From positions 1,728,001 to 1,792,000 of the forward strand of contig CAWDXG010000004.1 in assembly GCA_963806225.1 (NCBI GenBank): DNA of 64,000 nt, given 5' to 3'. The DNA is from an uncultured delta proteobacterium (lineage in GTDB: Bacteria > Myxococcota_A > Polyangia > Polyangiales > Polyangiaceae). The notes beneath the pieces were generated by a model. That model saw nothing but the letters and a program-made list of their open reading frames with translations, searched no databases and was not told the DNA's origin. Positions 32,902 through 42,384 of this stretch are shown here, one piece after another (position 1 is the first letter of the stretch; each line of letters starts with the position of its first letter). Made by a program: the position numbers and the translations under genes.

Positions 32902-33663
32902 TTGAAGTCCACGTCATCCCGATCCGGCGCGCCAGGGGCCGCGCGCTACGCCCAGCGCCACCGCTGGACGCTCCGGCGCGCTCTTGCCACTTGCCTGGGC
33001 CTGGTGCTCTGCAACAGCGGGTGCTCGCTGATGATCGTCAGAGGACCCCCTGCCCATGTGGGAAAGGTCCCTCCACAGGCAGCCGTCGACTGCACGACCA
33101 GCAAGCTCCCGCCGGCAATCGACGTGGGACTGGCCGGCCTCGAGTCGGCGCGCGTCGTCTATGCCGTCGCAGCTCCCGCTGCCGCGTACGAGAACTTCCC
33201 CATCAGTCGCCCTGTCGACGTGGCGATCGGGACCGGCCTCGCCGTGCTGGCGCTGGGTTCGGCGTTGTACGGTTTCTACACCACGTCCGACTGCGCGGAT
33301 GCACAGACGAGGCAACGCATCCGCGCTGCGCTGGCGGCAGAGCAGCACGCGCAGCCGAGTACGCCCGCCACTGCGACTCCCGTGCAGACGAGAGCTCCGG
33401 CGCCCGCGGCTTCGTCTCCGGCCACGGGACACGACATGGTGCCGTGGCCCAGCGCGACGTCGGCGTCGTCTCCGCCCAGCCATCGGGACATGGCACCCTG
33501 GCCCGGCGCGGCGCCGTCGGCATCGGCCGGTACGGCAGGCGCGGCGCCGCCGGCGTCAGCAAGTGCTGCACCGCGTTCATCCGACGCGCCGCCCGCGCCG
33601 CCCGCTCCGCCGCCCCCCCCGCCCACAGGCTCCGCGGCCTTTCCGCCAGCGGACGCGCACTGA
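32902..33663 (+). CDS. Hypothetical lipoprotein/membrane protein with a Pro/Ala-rich tail
   Basis: NSGC lipobox-like; hydrophobic hairpin flanked by two Cys; start uncertain. Confidence 0.6.
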   Translation: MKSTSSRSGAPGAARYAQRHRWTLRRALATCLGLVLCNSGCSLMIVRGPPAHVGKVPPQAAVDCTTSKLPPAIDVGLAGLESARVVYAVAAPAAAYENFPISRPVDVAIGTGLAVLALGSALYGFYTTSDCADAQTRQRIRAALAAEQHAQPSTPATATPVQTRAPAPAASSPATGHDMVPWPSATSASSPPSHRDMAPWPGAAPSASAGTAGAAPPASASAAPRSSDAPPAPPAPPPPPPTGSAAFPPADAH

Positions 33664-33770
33664 GCTAGCGCGCGGCAGCGTCGGTGACCCGCGCGAGGAG
33701 CGGCCATCAGTCCGGAATTCCGCCACGCCGCGCTTGGCGCCGGAGGACGCGGGCGCCTACAGTAGAGAAC

Positions 33771-34304
33771 ATGACGGAAGTGTCTTCCGCGCTGCTCGCA
33801 GAGCTGACGGCCCGTCAGGCGGAGTATCTGGCGTTCATCGCAGGGCGGGTCCCCACCCCGGCGGACGCGGAGGATCTGCTCCAGGCCTCGCTGCTGCGCG
33901 CACGCGACCGCCTGCACACGCTTCGCGATCCGTCGAGCCTACGTGCCTGGTTCTACCGCCTGCTCCGGCGTGCGGTCGCCGACTACCACGCGCGGCGCGC
34001 GCAGAACGAGCAGCGCCTGGACCAGCTGGCCCTGGAAGTGGAGACGCAGACGCCGGAGGAGACGGCGTCGTGCGCATGCAGCCTGGGGCTGCTTGCCGGG
34101 CTACGCCCCGAATACCGGAGCATGCTCGAGCAGGTGGATCTCGAGGACCGCTCGCTGGCCAACGTCGCCGCCGCGCTCGGCATCACGAAGAACAACGCCA
34201 CCGTGCGCCTGCACCGCGCCCGGCAAGCGCTCCGCGACGCCCTGGCCGAGCGCTGCAACACGACGTCGGTCCGCGAGTGCCAGGACTGCGGCTGCGAGCC
34301 GTAA
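33771..34304 (+). CDS. ECF sigma factor with a CxC linker and Cys-rich C-terminus (CorE/ECF44-like)
   Basis: Sigma2 DAEDLLQ...AWFYRLLR; CAC between regions 2 and 4; sigma4 VAAALGITKNNATVRLHRARQAL; tail CNTTSVRECQDCGC. Confidence 0.88.
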   Translation: MTEVSSALLAELTARQAEYLAFIAGRVPTPADAEDLLQASLLRARDRLHTLRDPSSLRAWFYRLLRRAVADYHARRAQNEQRLDQLALEVETQTPEETASCACSLGLLAGLRPEYRSMLEQVDLEDRSLANVAAALGITKNNATVRLHRARQALRDALAERCNTTSVRECQDCGCEP

Positions 34305-34344
34305 CGCCGGGGTCACTTCGGGCTGCCGGCCCGGTCAGGGACCC

Positions 34345-35310
34345 TCACTCCGCGCGCAGCGTCCGGCTCCGCACCAGGACCGCGATCATCAACACGGTGA
34401 ACAGCGTCGCAAACAGGCCCTGGACAACGGCCATGGCCGGATACCACCAGGTCGCCACGATGATCGACGTGTAGAGGAACAGCATGTGGGTGCCGAGGCC
34501 CATCCAGCTGCACCAGCGCATCGTGGACCGGTGCCGGTCGCGGAATGCCTGCCGTTCCTCGGGGCCGTAGGCTTCACGCTCGTGTGTGGATCCGGGCGCG
34601 AAGCGGTTCTCGATACGCATCAGGACGCGCACGTAGGTGAACATCCCGATGTAGGCGAACGAGAGGCCTTTTGCGCGGAGCTCCGCTAGCTCGGCTTCCA
34701 GCGCTTCGGTCGTCTCGGTACCGTCGGCCGAGCTGGGCTGCGTGTGCGCGAGATAGATCGACTTGATCCGATCGTAGATGACGATACGCGCCCAGCTGGT
34801 GAAGCCGGCGAAGAAGCCGAGCAGGATCCAGATCGAACCGCTGTGCCGGACCAGACCGAAGCCGAGGATGAACCACGCCGGCAGCAGCACGAACATGTCG
34901 ACCATGCCGTCGAGGATGCGCCCCATCCGCGAACCACCGCCCTTGGCTCGCGCGATCTGGCCGTCGGCGCAGTCGAGGATGACCGAGGCGAACAGGAGCA
35001 GCCCGGCCGCCGCGTAGTTCCAGGAAGCCGCTCCCAGAAACGCGGCCCGGTACAGGAACGCCGAGGCGGCCAGCCCCACGACGAGACTGGCGTAGGTCAC
35101 CTGGTTCGGCGTGATGGGGAACCCGACGATCAGCGCCGCGAACGCCGCCGCAAGCGGGCGGTGGAAGAACATGTCCACGGGCTCTTCCACATCGGCCGAC
35201 TTGAAGACCAGCAGCTGCCGATAGCGCGCCGCGAAACCGTCCGGTACCGGATGCCGGGCGGCATCATCCGCTTCGCCCGGAAGCTCCAGGCTCCCGGGAT
35301 CAGACGCCAC
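34345..35310 (-). CDS. CDP-alcohol phosphatidyltransferase family protein
   Basis: ITPNQVT; LDCADGQIARAKGGGSRMGRILDGMVD signature. Confidence 0.92.
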   Translation of the reverse strand: MASDPGSLELPGEADDAARHPVPDGFAARYRQLLVFKSADVEEPVDMFFHRPLAAAFAALIVGFPITPNQVTYASLVVGLAASAFLYRAAFLGAASWNYAAAGLLLFASVILDCADGQIARAKGGGSRMGRILDGMVDMFVLLPAWFILGFGLVRHSGSIWILLGFFAGFTSWARIVIYDRIKSIYLAHTQPSSADGTETTEALEAELAELRAKGLSFAYIGMFTYVRVLMRIENRFAPGSTHEREAYGPEERQAFRDRHRSTMRWCSWMGLGTHMLFLYTSIIVATWWYPAMAVVQGLFATLFTVLMIAVLVRSRTLRAE

Positions 35311-35488
35311 GAGCCACCCGGCCGGCGTGACAGGAAATCGACAGCATGCGGCACGTTGCCCGTACTCCTACAGCAGATTCGGGTCAAGGCAGCGAGCCGC
35401 GCGAACTTTTCTCCGGCATCCTGTAAGAGCCCGGCGCCGCCGGCTGTCGTCCATGCAGAAGGCGGAAAGCCCCTGCCCCGAGGAGACC

Positions 35489-36382
35489 ATGTCGCACCAG
35501 CACGGACACACCCACAGCCCCGGCGAGAGACGCCTCGCCATCGCCCTTTGCATCCTGTTTGCCTTCACCGTCGTGGAAGCAGCGGGAGGCCTTGTCGCCA
35601 ACTCGATCGCGCTGCTCGCGGAGGCCGGTCACATGCTGGCGGACTGTGCGTCGCTGCTGCTCGCCATCGCCGCGGTGCGCCTCGCCCGGCGCCCCCCGAG
35701 CGCGACCCGCACCTACGGACACCACCGTTACCAGACGCTCGCCGCGTTCGTGAACGGGCTCGCGCTGCTCGCGCTCACGCTGTGGGTCGCGTTCGAGGCG
35801 TCGGAGCGCCTGATCTCCCCACCCCACGTCAAGGGCGGCCTGATGCTCGGCGTTGCGCTGGCCGGCGGCGCAGCCAACCTCGCGGCGTTCATGGTGCTTT
35901 CCGGAGCATCGTCGCTCAACGAACGCGGCGCGCGTGCCCACGTACTGGGCGATCTACTGGGCTCGGCCGCGGCGGTCGCCGCGGGCGTCGCCGTCGTGGT
36001 CGGCGGGATCTACATCGCCGATCCGATCCTGTCGCTGCTCGTGTCCGTCCTGATCTTCCGCTCGGCCTGGCAGCTGACGCGGGAGTCGGCCCATGTGCTG
36101 CTGGAAGGCGCTCCCGCCGGGCTCGATGCGACGCGCATCGAGCAGGCGCTGGGTGAACTGCCTGGTATCGCGGGCGTGCACCACGTGCATGCGTGGTCCC
36201 TGACCGGCGACCAGGCGCTGGTCACCCTGCACGCCGAGCTCCTGGGCGGTACCGACCCCGACGCTGCGCTCCGGACGCTTCGCGAGCGGCTCCGTGACCA
36301 GCTCGGCATCCAGCATGCAACGGTGCAGCTCGAGCGCGGGGGCTGCGCGGGAGGTTCTCCAGAGATCCGCTGCGCGACGTGA
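35489..36382 (+). CDS. Cation diffusion facilitator (CzcD/ZitB-like Zn/Cd/Co exporter)
   Basis: RBS GAGGAG; His-rich N-terminus; SIALLAEAGHMLAD; TYGHHR; AHVLGDLLGS; HHVHAW; HATVQ. Confidence 0.93.
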   Translation: MSHQHGHTHSPGERRLAIALCILFAFTVVEAAGGLVANSIALLAEAGHMLADCASLLLAIAAVRLARRPPSATRTYGHHRYQTLAAFVNGLALLALTLWVAFEASERLISPPHVKGGLMLGVALAGGAANLAAFMVLSGASSLNERGARAHVLGDLLGSAAAVAAGVAVVVGGIYIADPILSLLVSVLIFRSAWQLTRESAHVLLEGAPAGLDATRIEQALGELPGIAGVHHVHAWSLTGDQALVTLHAELLGGTDPDAALRTLRERLRDQLGIQHATVQLERGGCAGGSPEIRCAT

Positions 36383-36455
36383 CGGCGATTGCCTGGTGTG
36401 TGCCACGCTGTGCCGGCGCATCGTCGACACTCCAGCACTTCCACGAAATCCGTTG

Positions 36456-36471
36456 CGGCACGGCGCTTGCT
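36456..36471 (+). promoter_or_regulatory. Sigma54 (-24/-12) promoter candidate
   Basis: CGGCACGGCGCTTGCT = GG-N10-GC with GGCACG and TTGCT, just upstream of the lipoprotein gene. Confidence 0.6.
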
Positions 36472-36484
36472 AGCCGACGCTCCC

Positions 36485-37492
36485 ATGATGCTGCTTCGTA
36501 GCTTGGCGATGTTCACGGTGGGCGTGTCGATGCTGGTCGCCTGCGGCGGGCGCGCGGAAAGCGGCCCCGCGGCGGGCGGCTCCGGTGGGACAGCTGCGGG
36601 CGGTTCGGGCGCAACCGCAGGCACGAACGACGGCGGCCCTGCGGGAACGGGCGGCGTCGCGGCCGACAGCGGCGCGGACACGGGGACGCCCGACGCGAAG
36701 CCGCCGCCTTCGGGCCAGCACATCCTGTTCGAGGTCTCGTACGAGAACTACGCCTGGCAACCGAGCCTGAATGGCGTCTTCATCACGGACGACGGCAGCG
36801 TCTACAGCTACGACTACTTCGCGGGCGATGCCGGCGCACAGCCGCCGGCGGTGGTCTTCCCGGCGACGGAGCAGGAGATCCGCTCGCGCTACGGAGCGAA
36901 TCCCAAGAAGACCGGCAGCGTTCCGCTCGACGAGCTGTACGCGCACTTCGCCGAGGTCGAACCCGCAGCAAGCGGCGTGCTGCTCCGGCAGTACCTGTGC
37001 GCCGACGCCGGCGATCGGAGCAGCATCGGCTACCTGTACGACCCGGCGACCTCCCGATACACGCAGGTCGTCCTCGGCATGGACGGAGACCAGGCCGGAC
37101 TGAATACTTCGCCGCAGGCAGCGGACCTCGTCAAGTGGCTCTCGAAGTACTCGTCGTCCCCCGTCGGCGGCAGCTGCACGTTCGTGTCGCACGAGTGCAG
37201 CGGCGCGACCTGCGGTAGCAAGCAGCCGAGCTGCCCCAACAACCAGCTGGCAAGCGTCGAGAACGGCTGCTGGTCGAAGTGCGTCAACGCGGATCAGTGC
37301 CTGGCCGTCAGCGACTGCAGCGAGTGCCCCGGCGGCATGGTATGCGCGACCGGCAAGGACGGCAGCAAGCACTGCCTGATGTCGAACTGCCAGAGCTCCG
37401 ACGCCTGCTCCTGCCCGTTCACGCCGCCCTGCGCCGGCGGCAGCGCGTTCTGTACTACTACCGGCTCGCTCAGGGTGCGCTGCGGCAAGTAG
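36485..37492 (+). CDS. Lipoprotein with a Gly linker and Cys-rich C-terminus
   Basis: Lipobox LVAC; Gly/Ala linker; globular middle domain; Cys-rich tail. Confidence 0.82.
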   Translation: MMLLRSLAMFTVGVSMLVACGGRAESGPAAGGSGGTAAGGSGATAGTNDGGPAGTGGVAADSGADTGTPDAKPPPSGQHILFEVSYENYAWQPSLNGVFITDDGSVYSYDYFAGDAGAQPPAVVFPATEQEIRSRYGANPKKTGSVPLDELYAHFAEVEPAASGVLLRQYLCADAGDRSSIGYLYDPATSRYTQVVLGMDGDQAGLNTSPQAADLVKWLSKYSSSPVGGSCTFVSHECSGATCGSKQPSCPNNQLASVENGCWSKCVNADQCLAVSDCSECPGGMVCATGKDGSKHCLMSNCQSSDACSCPFTPPCAGGSAFCTTTGSLRVRCGK

Positions 37493-37592
37493 AAACGCGG
37501 CGGCAACGGCCGATCGAGACGCCTCTCCGCCAAGCCGCTTGATAGTGGGCGGAAAGGGGTGTCACATGCCCTCTGGGCGGGCCAGGAGGCTC

Positions 37593-38835
37593 ATGGGCAC
37601 ATCGAGGGCAGTTGCGGCAGTAGCCGCCGTTCTGGTTTCCGCCGTCGCGGCACCTGCGGCGGCGCAGACCTGGGCAGGCGGTCGGACAACGCCCGGGCTC
37701 GGCGAGTTGTTCGCCGTCGACAAGACGGGCGAACCGGGCTGGCTCTACGGCCAGGAGGACGTCGCGGGCGACGGCATCGGCACGTTCAAGCAGCAGGAAC
37801 AGAGCATCGACATCCGCACGGCCTATGCGGCGACGGACCTGCAACGCCTCTGGCTGCGCGTGTACGTCTCCGACTCGAGCGCACCGGGCGGCAACGTCAC
37901 GGCCTACTTCTTCATCGACTCCGACAACAACGCCAGCACCGGCGGCAGCGCGGCCGCGACGAGCATCGACGCGAAGTTCACAGAGGACAGCTCGCCCGGC
38001 GGCTACGAGTACGCGCTCGGGGTCCGCGGCAACGCGAGCGTGACCGGGCTGTGGCAGTGGCAGACGCCGCAGAACCAGTGGACCAAGGCCCAGCTGAACC
38101 CGAACGACGCCAGCGCAGAGTCGGGCACCGACCTCGATCCGATCCGCCTGGACGGCGACACGCACGGCTACCTGCAGGGCGCGGTCAATCTGTCGTCGGT
38201 GAACGTGACCCAGGCGTGCAATGCGCAGCTGTATGTGCGGTCGGTCAACGACGTGGCGGCGCTCGGCGCGGGCGACCTGGAAGTCGGCCAGGTCGGCTCG
38301 TGCGTGCCCAGCGACGCGAACAACAACGGCGTTCCCGATCCGCTGCAGCCGCCCGGCGGTTGCACGAGCAATGCGCAGTGTCCGGGCGGAGGCGTCTGCG
38401 TCGGCGGGAAATGCGTCATCGCCCAGCCATGCGTCAAGCCCGCACGACTGCCCGACCAACCAGACGTGCACGCAGGACGGCCGTTGCGTGCCGAAGCCGA
38501 GCGGCAGCTGCACGACCAACGCCGAATGCGGCGACCTGATCTGCACCGGCGGCCAGTGTGTCGCCTGCACTGCCGGTGGCAACCAGTGCGGCGCGGGGCA
38601 GACCTGCGCGCCCACGGGCCACTGTGTGACGGCCTCGGGCGGAACCGGCGGCGCAGGAGCCGGTGGCGCGGGAGACGGCGGGGTCGCCCTGGACCCCGGC
38701 GAAGCCGTCAAGGGCGGCGCCTGCGCATGCTCCGTGCCCGGACGCCGCGGAAGCGGTCCGCTGGCGCTCGGCCTCGCCCTTCTGCTCCCGCTCGGCTGGA
38801 CTGCACGTCGCTCCAGACGCCGCCGCTCACCCTGA
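37593..38835 (+). CDS. Surface protein with Cys-rich repeats and a MYXO-CTERM-like tail (TraA-like layout); +1 frameshift at 38439-38441
   Basis: RBS AGGAGG; signal peptide; beta-rich head; CTSNAQC/CTTNAEC repeats; GGACACSVPG-hydrophobic-RRSRRRR tail. Removing one C gives CVKPHDCPTNQTC. Confidence 0.8.
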
Positions 38836-38853
38836 CATTCCCCACTGGTTCCG

Positions 38854-40317
38854 ATGCGCACACCTCTCCTGTTGCTGCTTATCGGTGCGGCCGCCGCGTT
38901 CGCGTCCGCACCGCAAACCGCTCTGGCGCAGACCAACACCGACATCGACGCCGAGCGCTTCAAGCCCGCTGTCACCTCCGACGGCTGGGTCAACGCCGAG
39001 GGTTCCGGCGTGCGGTCCACCGCGGACCCGTGGGAGCTCGGCGCCTTCCTGAACTACGGCGTCAATCCGCTCGTGGGCAGGAGCGGCACCGACGTCAGAA
39101 GGAAGTTCGTGGGCGGCCACCTGGGCTTCGATCTGCTCGGCTCGGTCACGCTGGCGCGCCCGTTCTCCATCGGTCTGGGCCTGCCGCTCTACATGGTGCA
39201 GACCGGCGACTACAGCCCGTCGTTCGGCGGCCTGGGCGACGTGCGGCTGGTCCCGAAGCTCAGACTGCTCGACGACCGCGAGAGCGTGGGGCTGGCGCTC
39301 GCCGTGGAGCTGCGCGCTCCGACCCACACCGGCGACTACAACGGCGGGGCCCGGATGATCCAGGCCGTCCCCAAGATCATCTTCGACCATCGCTTCGCGC
39401 CGACCGGCTGGCGCATCGGCGCTAACGCCGGCGTCGCGATACGCAAGGGTACGACCTTCTACAACGTCAACGCGGCGAGCGAGTTCGACTACGACGTGGC
39501 GCTCGGCTACCGCTTCGGCGGCATCGACGGCAAGGTCGAACTGGGTGGCGAGCTGAACGGCGGCGTCGGCCTCGTGCAGCAGGACAGCGAGGAAGTGCCG
39601 CTCGAGGGCTTCGTCTATCTGCGCGTGGATCCGAGCGAAGAGTGGGACATCATGGGCGGCCCCGGCATCGGCATCCTGCCCGGCTACGGCGTGCCCACGT
39701 TCCGCGTGTTCGTGGGCGTGCGCTACCGCCCGACCAGCCACGACAGGGACGGCGACGGCATCGCGGACGACGAAGACAAGTGCCCCGACCAGCCCGAGGA
39801 CCGCAACGGCTACCAGGACGCGGACGGCTGCCCGGATGGAAGCCTGGATGACGACAACGACGGCATACCCAACGTCGACGACAAGTGTCCGGACGCCAAG
39901 GAGACGATCAACGGCGTCGACGACGACGACGGCTGTCCCGACACCGGCGATCCACGCGTGATCTACAAGGACGGCAAGTTCGTGATCCTCGACAAGGTCC
40001 ACTTCGAGACCGGTTCGGCGAAGATCACACCCGATTCGCACCCGATCCTTGATCAGGTCGCGCTCACCCTGAAGGCGAACAAGCAGATCAAGCACGTGCG
40101 GATCGAAGGCCACACCGACGACACGGGCCCTGCCGACACGAACATGCGTCTCAGCCGCGCGCGCGCCAATTCGGTCCGACGCTACCTGATCAAGAAGGGC
40201 GTGAGTCCCAGCCGCCTGGACGCCAAGGGCTACGGCGAATCCCAGCCGCTCGTGAAGGGCACGTCCGACTCGGCACGCCAGAAGAACCGCCGCGTGGAGT
40301 TCGTGGTCGAGAAGTAG
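38854..40317 (+). CDS. Outer-membrane beta-barrel + thrombospondin type-3 repeats + OmpA domain (TraB-like)
   Basis: Signal peptide; IDAERFKPA start; DRDGDGIADDEDKCPDQPED repeats; IEGHTD...LSRARANSV...KNRRVEF. Confidence 0.92.
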   Translation: MRTPLLLLLIGAAAAFASAPQTALAQTNTDIDAERFKPAVTSDGWVNAEGSGVRSTADPWELGAFLNYGVNPLVGRSGTDVRRKFVGGHLGFDLLGSVTLARPFSIGLGLPLYMVQTGDYSPSFGGLGDVRLVPKLRLLDDRESVGLALAVELRAPTHTGDYNGGARMIQAVPKIIFDHRFAPTGWRIGANAGVAIRKGTTFYNVNAASEFDYDVALGYRFGGIDGKVELGGELNGGVGLVQQDSEEVPLEGFVYLRVDPSEEWDIMGGPGIGILPGYGVPTFRVFVGVRYRPTSHDRDGDGIADDEDKCPDQPEDRNGYQDADGCPDGSLDDDNDGIPNVDDKCPDAKETINGVDDDDGCPDTGDPRVIYKDGKFVILDKVHFETGSAKITPDSHPILDQVALTLKANKQIKHVRIEGHTDDTGPADTNMRLSRARANSVRRYLIKKGVSPSRLDAKGYGESQPLVKGTSDSARQKNRRVEFVVEK

Positions 40318-40330
40318 CGACCGGCAGGAG

Positions 40331-40344
40331 TTGAGATCGATCAA
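40331..40344. promoter_or_regulatory. FNR/Crp-family-like binding site
   Basis: TTGAG-ATCG-ATCAA, a 9/10 match to TTGAT-N4-ATCAA, in an intergenic gap. Confidence 0.45.
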
Positions 40345-40542
40345 TTCCCTGATCGAAGGTAACGGCACATTCGCGAACGCTCGATCGCCGGATCGCGAAG
40401 TCGATGCCGGGACAACGAGACACGACGAAGTGTTTTCGTGATTCCAGCAACTCGAGCCGCATGGATTGCGCTGTGGCCCGAGCGTTGCAACGACGAACCT
40501 CACGGCGAGCGGGGCGCCCCGCTCGGTGCGCTTCGATGTGCG

Positions 40543-42384
40543 ATGGGTGCCGCACACACAGACCCCCCGGCTGGACCAAGCCCGTCGAGCGAAGAGCACG
40601 ACGAGGCCGAGGGACCTGTGTCCGACGACCGCTCCCGCTTGAAGGAGCTCGAGAGCCGCTTCGAGGAGATGACGCGGCTCAACGAGCACCTCGCGCACCG
40701 GCTCGAGGAGCTCGAAAGCCGACCGGAAGCCAGCGTCAAGGAACCCCAGGCGCAGCCGGAGAAACGAGCCGCGCCCGCGCGACGACCCGCCGCGCCACAG
40801 CGAAAGCAGGTGCCTCGAAAGAAGAAGCCGGCGGCGCAAAGCGAGCTGCCCGACGGCTTCGGCGGCTGGGCCGCGCTCGCCGGGCGCATGTTCCTGATCC
40901 TCGGCGGGGCCTATCTGCTCAGGGCGCTCGCGGAATCCGGGACCCTGGCTTTTTCCACGGGCGTGCTGCTCGCCGCCTCCTACGCGCTGTTCTGGCTCGG
41001 CGTCGCCTACCGCGGCACCAGGCCGGGCGACGTCGTCGACCGCACTCTGTACGGCCTGGCGTTCGTGCTGGTCGCCTTCCCGCTGATCGTCGAGAACACC
41101 AACCGCTTCCACCTGCTATCGCCATCCATGGGCGCCCTCGCGCTGGGCGTGGCCACGGCGCTCGGGCTCGGCGTCGCATGGAAGCACAGCCTGCGCCTGC
41201 TCGGATGGATCCTGCTTGTCGGCGCGATGTCGGCTGTCAGCATCGCGGCGCTGCACACCCAGGCCTGGCCGTCGTGGATGCTGCTGTATGTCGGTGTGGG
41301 CATCGGCATCGACTGGGTCGCCGAGCACAGGAAGTGGCCGCCGGTCCGGTTCTTCGCGGCCGGAGCGGCGGATCTAGCGCTGCTCCTGTATCTGCCGATC
41401 GTGCTGGTGGATCGCGACCACTACACCCCCACTGCAACGCTGGTACAGCTCTCGCTGTTCGTCGGCTATGCGGCCAGCTACTGGTTTCGCTCGCTCGCGG
41501 AGAAGCGCTCGTTCGGCACGCTCGAGCGCGTGCAGCTGAGCGCCGTACTGCTGATCGGCTACGTGGGGGCTGTGCTCGGCGCCCAGCATGCGCCGGCCGT
41601 GAGCGTGCCGCTCGGCTGGGTCAGCGTCGTGGCCGGTGTCGCCGGGTTCGTGGTCGCCTACCTCTTGTACGTTCGTCCCGGGGAGTGCCCGGCCGACGCC
41701 TGGTTCAACACGAGCTACGCGCTGGTCGGCGTGTTGGTGGGCACCTGGATACTGGTGCCCGTACCGGCCTACGCGTGGATAGGCATCGCCGCACTGCTCA
41801 CGCTGCTCGGCGCGGGCGAACGACACGCGTGTCTGTCTCTGCACGGCACCGTCTTCGCAGTGTTCGCGGCGGCGGGCTCGGGCCTGCTCGGCCTGGTGGG
41901 CTACGCCTTCGCGGCCGGCGCCAGCAGTCGCTGGCCGGCCGTCTCCGTGCCCGCGCTCGCTGCGCTGGTCACGCTCGTGCTCGCCTACATGGCGCCGCTC
42001 GCGACCGACGCCGCACGACAGGCGTTTGCGGGGCGCGCCGCAAAGACGCTGTCGCTCGCCGTGCTCCTGGCCGGGCTCGACGGCGTGCTGATCGCCCTCA
42101 TCGTGCCGACCGGCAGCAGCGGCATGGCTCCGGAGTGGCTGGCGGCGCTGCGCACGGGGCTTATCGCCGGCTCGGCGCTGGTCCTGGCCGCGCTGTCACG
42201 CACCGACAGGTTCCGCGAGGCACGCGCGCTCGTATATCCGCTGCTTGTGCTCGGCGGCATCAAGATCGTCGTCGAGGACTTCCAGCACGGCCGCGCGATC
42301 ACGCTGTTCATCGCCTGCGCGCTCTACGGCGCCGCGCTGATCATCGCGCCGCGGCTCAGGCGTCACGCCGCGGCGGCGAGCTAG
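40543..42384 (+). CDS. Polytopic membrane protein (DUF2339-like)
   Basis: N-terminal coiled coil and Pro-rich linker, then GRMFLILGGAYLL and many TM segments, ending KIVVEDF...LFIACALYG. Start may be GTG 40618. Confidence 0.75.
   Translation: MGAAHTDPPAGPSPSSEEHDEAEGPVSDDRSRLKELESRFEEMTRLNEHLAHRLEELESRPEASVKEPQAQPEKRAAPARRPAAPQRKQVPRKKKPAAQSELPDGFGGWAALAGRMFLILGGAYLLRALAESGTLAFSTGVLLAASYALFWLGVAYRGTRPGDVVDRTLYGLAFVLVAFPLIVENTNRFHLLSPSMGALALGVATALGLGVAWKHSLRLLGWILLVGAMSAVSIAALHTQAWPSWMLLYVGVGIGIDWVAEHRKWPPVRFFAAGAADLALLLYLPIVLVDRDHYTPTATLVQLSLFVGYAASYWFRSLAEKRSFGTLERVQLSAVLLIGYVGAVLGAQHAPAVSVPLGWVSVVAGVAGFVVAYLLYVRPGECPADAWFNTSYALVGVLVGTWILVPVPAYAWIGIAALLTLLGAGERHACLSLHGTVFAVFAAAGSGLLGLVGYAFAAGASSRWPAVSVPALAALVTLVLAYMAPLATDAARQAFAGRAAKTLSLAVLLAGLDGVLIALIVPTGSSGMAPEWLAALRTGLIAGSALVLAALSRTDRFREARALVYPLLVLGGIKIVVEDFQHGRAITLFIACALYGAALIIAPRLRRHAAAAS

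Noticed and set aside
24956..33000. Intact prophage or integrative element at the tRNA
   Set aside because: No integrase, phage, conjugation or transposase genes, and no duplicated att site seen.
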